Assembly (NCBI GenBank): GCA_024682375.1
Contig: JAIKZI010000007.1
Coordinates: 6,815-70,814 of the forward strand
Length of the DNA stretch: 64,000 bases
Origin: Lachnospiraceae bacterium
GTDB lineage: Bacteria > Bacillota > Clostridia > Lachnospirales > Lachnospiraceae
Direction of reading: 5' to 3'
Part shown: piece by piece, positions 59,347 to 64,000 of the stretch
Layout of the letters: each line of letters begins with the position of its first letter
How positions within the stretch are numbered: position 1 is the first letter of the stretch
Translations under genes and position numbers: made by a program
The notes under the pieces: generated by a model
The model's database searches: none
The model's input: the letters and a program-made list of their open reading frames with translations, nothing else
What the model was told of the DNA's origin: nothing

Positions 59347-60048
59347 TTAAATCAATCCGATATCGCTTTTTAGCTTCTTTTCTTCTTCAGGTGTGATCTT
59401 TCTATATTTTCCCTCTTCAATTCCATCTATAGAAAGATTCATAATCCTGATTCTTCGAAGGTCATGTACATAGTAACCCTCTTCCTGACACATTCTTCTG
59501 ATCTGACGATTCAATCCCTGTGTCAAAATGATATGAAACTCATTGTATTTGGATTTCCAAACCTTACAAGGGCGAGTTGTCACATCGAGTTCTTTTAGAT
59601 AAATTCCTTCACTCATATGTGTGATGAATTCATCTGTGACAACATGATCTACCTTTACAACATATTCCTTCTCATGGTAGTTAGATGCCTTGTTTAGGGC
59701 ATTTACCAAGTCTCCCTGATTTGTAAGAAGAATGAGTCCTCTTGAGTTTTTATCAAGACGACCTACGTTATAAACACGAACAGGGTAATTGATAAAATCG
59801 ATGATATTCTTTTTTTCCCGTTTCTCTGCTGTACAGACAATTCCCTTCGGTTTATTAAAGAGAAGAATAACAGGTGCATCGGCTCCCTTTACAGGCTTCC
59901 CCTTATGTGTAACTACATCGCCCTCTTCAACCATCTGACCGAGTTCACTTGTCACTCCATTTATTTCTATTTCTCTATTTTCTATAAGCCTGTCGGCTTC
60001 TCTTCTAGAACAATATCCGACTGAACTTAAGTATTTATTTAATCTCAT
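59347..60048 (-). CDS. rluF: 23S rRNA pseudouridine synthase (RluF/RluB family)
   Basis: S4 domain MRLNKYL, GRLDKNSRGL, GLNRQIRRM; start ATG 60048 with GAGGA RBS. Confidence 0.8.
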   Translation of the reverse strand: MRLNKYLSSVGYCSRREADRLIENREIEINGVTSELGQMVEEGDVVTHKGKPVKGADAPVILLFNKPKGIVCTAEKREKKNIIDFINYPVRVYNVGRLDKNSRGLILLTNQGDLVNALNKASNYHEKEYVVKVDHVVTDEFITHMSEGIYLKELDVTTRPCKVWKSKYNEFHIILTQGLNRQIRRMCQEEGYYVHDLRRIRIMNLSIDGIEEGKYRKITPEEEKKLKSDIGLI

Positions 60049-60158
60049 ATATACATCCTCATCTTTAAAACGCTTTAAATATTTTAACAAAAAATCGGCT
60101 TCTAATCGATAGCAAACTATCAACCAGAAACCGATTTTAAAATATCTAATTTTTTAAT

Positions 60159-61463
60159 TTACTGAAGGAGTTCAGTCTTAACATATCCAGTTACATTTCC
60201 GTATGTTGTAACCTTTGTCCAGCCTGAAGCATAGTTCTCATGAATTGTAAGTGGTTCAGATGTATATGCTACAGCGACAACCTGTGAAGTCTCATCCATA
60301 TCTGCTCTTACACGAACTGTTGTGTTAAGTGTGATTGATGAGTTTGCCGAAAGTCCCGGAACCTCAACTGCATCTGTACCCTGAGGCTTTGTCTCTGAAA
60401 GGTCAGCCTTTGCAACGTAAGCATTGTGGTTATCGTTGTAAAGGATTCTAGCATAGTCGCCTTCAGTTGCATACATTGTAACTTCAGCACCGATATCTAA
60501 GTTTCCAAGGACCGTTCCGTCTGTACCAGCCTTATCATAAACTGTTACAGCCTTTGAAGTGTACATAGTCTTCTTATTCTTCTCGTCCTTCTTATCCTGT
60601 TTAGCCTTTTCTTTTGCAGCCTTCTTATCAGCAGCTGACTGCTTCTTCTTAGCCTTGTCAGCTTCTTCCTTCTGCTTCTTCTCTTCGGCTTTCTTTGCTT
60701 CTTCTGCCTTCTTAGCTTCATCAGCCTTTGCAGCTTCCGCATCATAGTTTGATGACCATGTGCTTGTTGCAGATGGGAGTGTCTCACTTAGGAATGTGTT
60801 TAAATCCTCATCCTTAACCATAGCCTCATTGAACTTCTCCTGAACCTTTGTCTGGAGATTCTTTACGTCATCCTGCTGCTCAAATGTAGCAATCAACTTA
60901 ACAATCTTTGAATCCATCTCGTACTCAGTATTGTTTGTATTGAAGTTGCTATAAATATTATCGATATAAAGGTTACCCTTCTTATCAGTCTTTACATAGA
61001 AGAAATCCAGTCCGGCAGCTTCAGTCTTTATGTTCTTAAACTTCATCTTCATAGAAACTGAAACCAAATATGATTCCTTATCAAGACCTCTCTTTGAGTA
61101 AATTGTGATGTCATTATACTTCTCAACATACTCACCGAAGAACTTAATATAACTCTTCTCTTTATCAGAAATAGGATTTGCAACCTTCTCAAGTGCTTTT
61201 ACATCACCGTCTGCATAAGCCTTGTAATAGCTATTCATAAGATTTACTAATTCTTCATTAGTCTTCTTACTCTCAGTTGTAAACTTCGCATATGCTCCTG
61301 CCATCGGATCACTATCAGCTGCTGTCCCGCTTGTACATCTAGCCAAAATAAGTGTGATAGCAATCAAAACTACAACCGCACCATAATATCTATACTTCTT
61401 TGAATCAAATACAATTTCAACAAATCTCTTCCAAATCTTCTTTAGCTTTTCCTTGTTAGTCAT
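60159..61463 (-). CDS. Membrane-anchored protein with an Ala/Lys/Glu-rich linker and two SH3b-like domains
   Basis: N-terminal TM segment, charged helical linker, two C-terminal SH3_3-like repeats (GWTKV..GYVKTE). Confidence 0.75.
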   Translation of the reverse strand: MTNKEKLKKIWKRFVEIVFDSKKYRYYGAVVVLIAITLILARCTSGTAADSDPMAGAYAKFTTESKKTNEELVNLMNSYYKAYADGDVKALEKVANPISDKEKSYIKFFGEYVEKYNDITIYSKRGLDKESYLVSVSMKMKFKNIKTEAAGLDFFYVKTDKKGNLYIDNIYSNFNTNNTEYEMDSKIVKLIATFEQQDDVKNLQTKVQEKFNEAMVKDEDLNTFLSETLPSATSTWSSNYDAEAAKADEAKKAEEAKKAEEKKQKEEADKAKKKQSAADKKAAKEKAKQDKKDEKNKKTMYTSKAVTVYDKAGTDGTVLGNLDIGAEVTMYATEGDYARILYNDNHNAYVAKADLSETKPQGTDAVEVPGLSANSSITLNTTVRVRADMDETSQVVAVAYTSEPLTIHENYASGWTKVTTYGNVTGYVKTELLQ

Positions 61464-61530
61464 TGTAACTATTCCCTCTATCTCTAATAAATTTATTTAC
61501 AAAACTAATCCGGCATCACTCGACGCCTAA

Positions 61531-61604
61531 TGTAGACGACCGGATTCGAACCGGCGATCTTCGGAGTCGGAGTCCGATGCGTTATCCAGCTACGCTACGT
61601 CTAC
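61531..61604 (-). tRNA. tRNA-Arg(CCG)
   Basis: Cloverleaf GTAGACG...CGTCTAC, anticodon loop CT-CCG-AC, GGA in the D loop (A20), TTCGAA T loop; CCA not encoded. Confidence 0.95.
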
Positions 61605-61744
61605 GTAACAAAATCTTAATAATATTATCAAAAAAAGCCCTCTAAGTCAATGAAATAATAGTGCTAAATACTAACCTTTCGCGAGGCGACGTTTTGTAAC
61701 ATTTATGTAATATTTGTTTTTGTGGGAACTTTTTTCCGGAAAAA

Positions 61745-61783
61745 AATAGCGATTCTACGTTATTTCTCCGTAGAACCGCTATT
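61745..61783 (-). terminator. Terminator after the MCP gene
   Basis: AATAGCGATTCTACG...CGTAGAACCGCTATT with a T run on the minus strand. Confidence 0.75.
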
Positions 61784-61818
61784 ATAATTCTTAATATTCA
61801 TGTAAATATTTACAAGAT

Positions 61819-63594
61819 TTAATACTTAGTAAATACATCAATCTCATCTTTGAAGCCATTGATTGCTCCAACTGATTCCTGCATTTCCTTATCAATATCA
61901 GAAATCCTTCCTACAAGTGTAGTTGTATTTCCCGAAGAAGAAATAACTGCCTGTGCACTCTCTTCGGAAGCTTTTGCAATTCCTTCGATTGAGCTTACTA
62001 TTTCATCCATAATTCTCTTTAGATTATCAGTCTTTTCTGAGAAGGCTGACATAGCTTCATTGATATGCTCAGCATCTCCTTTATACTGTTCACCGGAATC
62101 TACGAAACTATCATAATCTACAAGAACCTTTTCCTGCATGAAATCTAGCATCTGCTGTGAATTATCGATAAGAGAATTAACAGCTTTTACTACCATGTCA
62201 TTGATTTCCTGGATATTATTTGCAGTCTCTCTTGAAGATTCTGCCAAATCTCTAATTTCATCAGCTACAACTGCAAAGCCTCTTCCGGCTTCACCAGCAC
62301 GGGCAGCTTCGATTGAAGCATTGAGGGCAAGAAGGTTTGTCTGTGAAGAAATAGAAAGGATTTCACCTGTCAGGTTATTTACCTCATCTACACTCTTTGA
62401 ATCATTGATAGCCTTCTTCATAGTCTCAATCAAAGATCCGAGCATTTCATTTGCCGCATCTTTGTTCTCACGTGCAGTATTTGCAAGCTCTGTAGCTCTC
62501 TCATCCATATCTCTTGAATAATCAGCGATATCATTTGACTGTGAAGAAATAGCATCTACCTCTTCTCCGATATTTGCTGTACCTTCAGATACCTGATGAA
62601 CTGTAGAAGAAACCTCTTCCATAGAAGCTGCAAGTTCTTCAAGAGTTGCACTAACTTCACTTGCATTAGAATTAGAATCACCGATATTCTGATTTACATT
62701 TCCAATCAAATCCATGAGTTTTGCAGATCCGCCACCTAGTTTTGTGACAATCTTCTGCATGATCTCAAGGAAATTATTCATACCACTCGCTAGAACTCCA
62801 ACTTCGTCATTTGACTTAACTGGAAGTCTAAGAGTTAAATCACCATCATTATTTTTAAGGGTTTTGTTTATTTCATCAATAGTATTTGAAGCGCTCTTAA
62901 GAGGTCTTACTACACTTCTTTCAATAATTATAATTGCTACTGCAATCAAAACCACAATCTCAATCATAAGGAAGACTGCATAATTTACAGCCTGATAGTA
63001 AGTGCTCTTTGCCTGCTTTGAAGCATCCTCTGCTCTCTGCATTTCCAATGCTGAAAGCTTCTCAGCTCCCGCTTCCATAGATTCAGCTTTTGCAAGCATC
63101 TTGTTCTGCATTACACCGATAGCTGTAACTGCATCACCTTTTTGCATTGCCTCGATTGCTGTTGTTGCATATTCTGTTGTATCACTGATGTCCGCTTCAA
63201 ACTGAGCCAGAAGTGCATCCTTTTCTGATGTAGAAGAAAGTTTCTTATAAGCCTTTAGATCTTTAAGTGTCTGATCTTTGATCTTATACATCTGATCCAT
63301 GAGAGACTTTACTTCTTCCATGTTCTTCTGTGAATAAGCGATTACAAACTGATCTAATACTCGCCATTCATGCTCAATGTCATACTGTAACTGTCCAGCT
63401 AATTTAACGCCCTGCATATAGTCACCAGAAATATCCACCTGTTCTTCGTGGACTTCTGTCAAACTATAGATTCCTACACCTACAGCCACTACAGCAACTA
63501 CTGCCAGCAAAATAACTGGTAACAACAATTTAGTACGAACAGAAAAAGATTTCTTTTCTGTTGTGCTATGACCTTCCCTACTTTTTTCAGCCAT
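61819..63594 (-). CDS. Methyl-accepting chemotaxis protein (four-helix-bundle sensor)
   Basis: [27 protein letters not shown]; helical periplasmic domain; HAMP. Confidence 0.95.
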   Translation of the reverse strand: MAEKSREGHSTTEKKSFSVRTKLLLPVILLAVVAVVAVGVGIYSLTEVHEEQVDISGDYMQGVKLAGQLQYDIEHEWRVLDQFVIAYSQKNMEEVKSLMDQMYKIKDQTLKDLKAYKKLSSTSEKDALLAQFEADISDTTEYATTAIEAMQKGDAVTAIGVMQNKMLAKAESMEAGAEKLSALEMQRAEDASKQAKSTYYQAVNYAVFLMIEIVVLIAVAIIIIERSVVRPLKSASNTIDEINKTLKNNDGDLTLRLPVKSNDEVGVLASGMNNFLEIMQKIVTKLGGGSAKLMDLIGNVNQNIGDSNSNASEVSATLEELAASMEEVSSTVHQVSEGTANIGEEVDAISSQSNDIADYSRDMDERATELANTARENKDAANEMLGSLIETMKKAINDSKSVDEVNNLTGEILSISSQTNLLALNASIEAARAGEAGRGFAVVADEIRDLAESSRETANNIQEINDMVVKAVNSLIDNSQQMLDFMQEKVLVDYDSFVDSGEQYKGDAEHINEAMSAFSEKTDNLKRIMDEIVSSIEGIAKASEESAQAVISSSGNTTTLVGRISDIDKEMQESVGAINGFKDEIDVFTKY

Positions 63595-63699
63595 AACTAT
63601 CTCCTTCTATCAAAATAAACTAAAATGAAATGAACTCCCAATAATTACGCTTCATCTTAATTTTAAATATAACTATTCAGATAGTAAAGAAAACAAAAT

Positions 63700-64000
63700 C
63701 TAAAATTTCTTTATACCAATAATTTCAAAGGCCACATTTTCCGGGCTTCTATTCTCAGTATTAATAAAGAGATTACCTGCTGCCTTATATGAGGCCTCTC
63801 TTGCCTTCATCATACGCTCTATTCTAGAAACCATTTCTTTCTCAAACATAAGAGAATTAGCCGGAAGGAAAAGTTCCATATCAGCTTCATTATTCTCAGA
63901 CGCTTTTAAAAGAGGTCTTGTAAGTTCATCTTTCGTTCTCTCTCTTATAGTCTCAGGAGATGCTTCTAGAACTACAACAGAACCTGTCTCTTTCATAACT
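63700..64000 (-). CDS. aroK: Shikimate kinase, C-terminal part; runs off the window end
   Basis: VVVLEASPETI.ER...TRPLL...R..SY...INTENRSPE. Confidence 0.8.
   Translation of the reverse strand, partial: VMKETGSVVVLEASPETIRERTKDELTRPLLKASENNEADMELFLPANSLMFEKEMVSRIERMMKAREASYKAAGNLFINTENRSPENVAFEIIGIKKF

Noticed and set aside
61531-61604. tRNA as the attachment site of an integrated element
   Set aside because: No integrase and no duplicated tRNA 3' end found in the window.

Overview
Low-GC Firmicute chromosomal window, most like a rumen/gut Lachnospiraceae (inferred from gene content and codon style). Most genes lie on the minus strand. I found no transposase, integrase, prophage or CRISPR-Cas. 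It holds about 50 CDS (trpS, pyrR, rlmH, dtd, putP, mgtE, metA, ligA, rluF, partial aroK, three MCPs, c-di-GMP enzymes, a heavy-metal efflux locus) and one tRNA-Arg(CCG). Four items stand out. (1) A dlt-like operon (MBOAT, SGNH, stand-alone adenylation enzyme, LysA-fold PLP decarboxylase, carrier protein, two-component system) whose architecture suggests that an acidic amino acid is loaded on a carrier, decarboxylated to a beta-alanyl or GABA-type acyl group and exported onto a surface polymer. (2) An HPr/D-lactate dehydrogenase fusion that keeps His15 but lacks Ser46, next to a DUF5692-like membrane gene; both have Rex-like operators. (3) Intergenic palindromic cassette arrays at four loci; three carry an AACTTGCT core clearly and the fourth more weakly, with fixed periods of 64, 74 and 115 bp. 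Long near-perfect hairpins lie nearby. (4) A D-aspartate ligase plus aspartate racemase pair and an unannotated 50-aa membrane ORF coupled to a K+ channel. All family calls come from motif recognition by eye; no database search was run.
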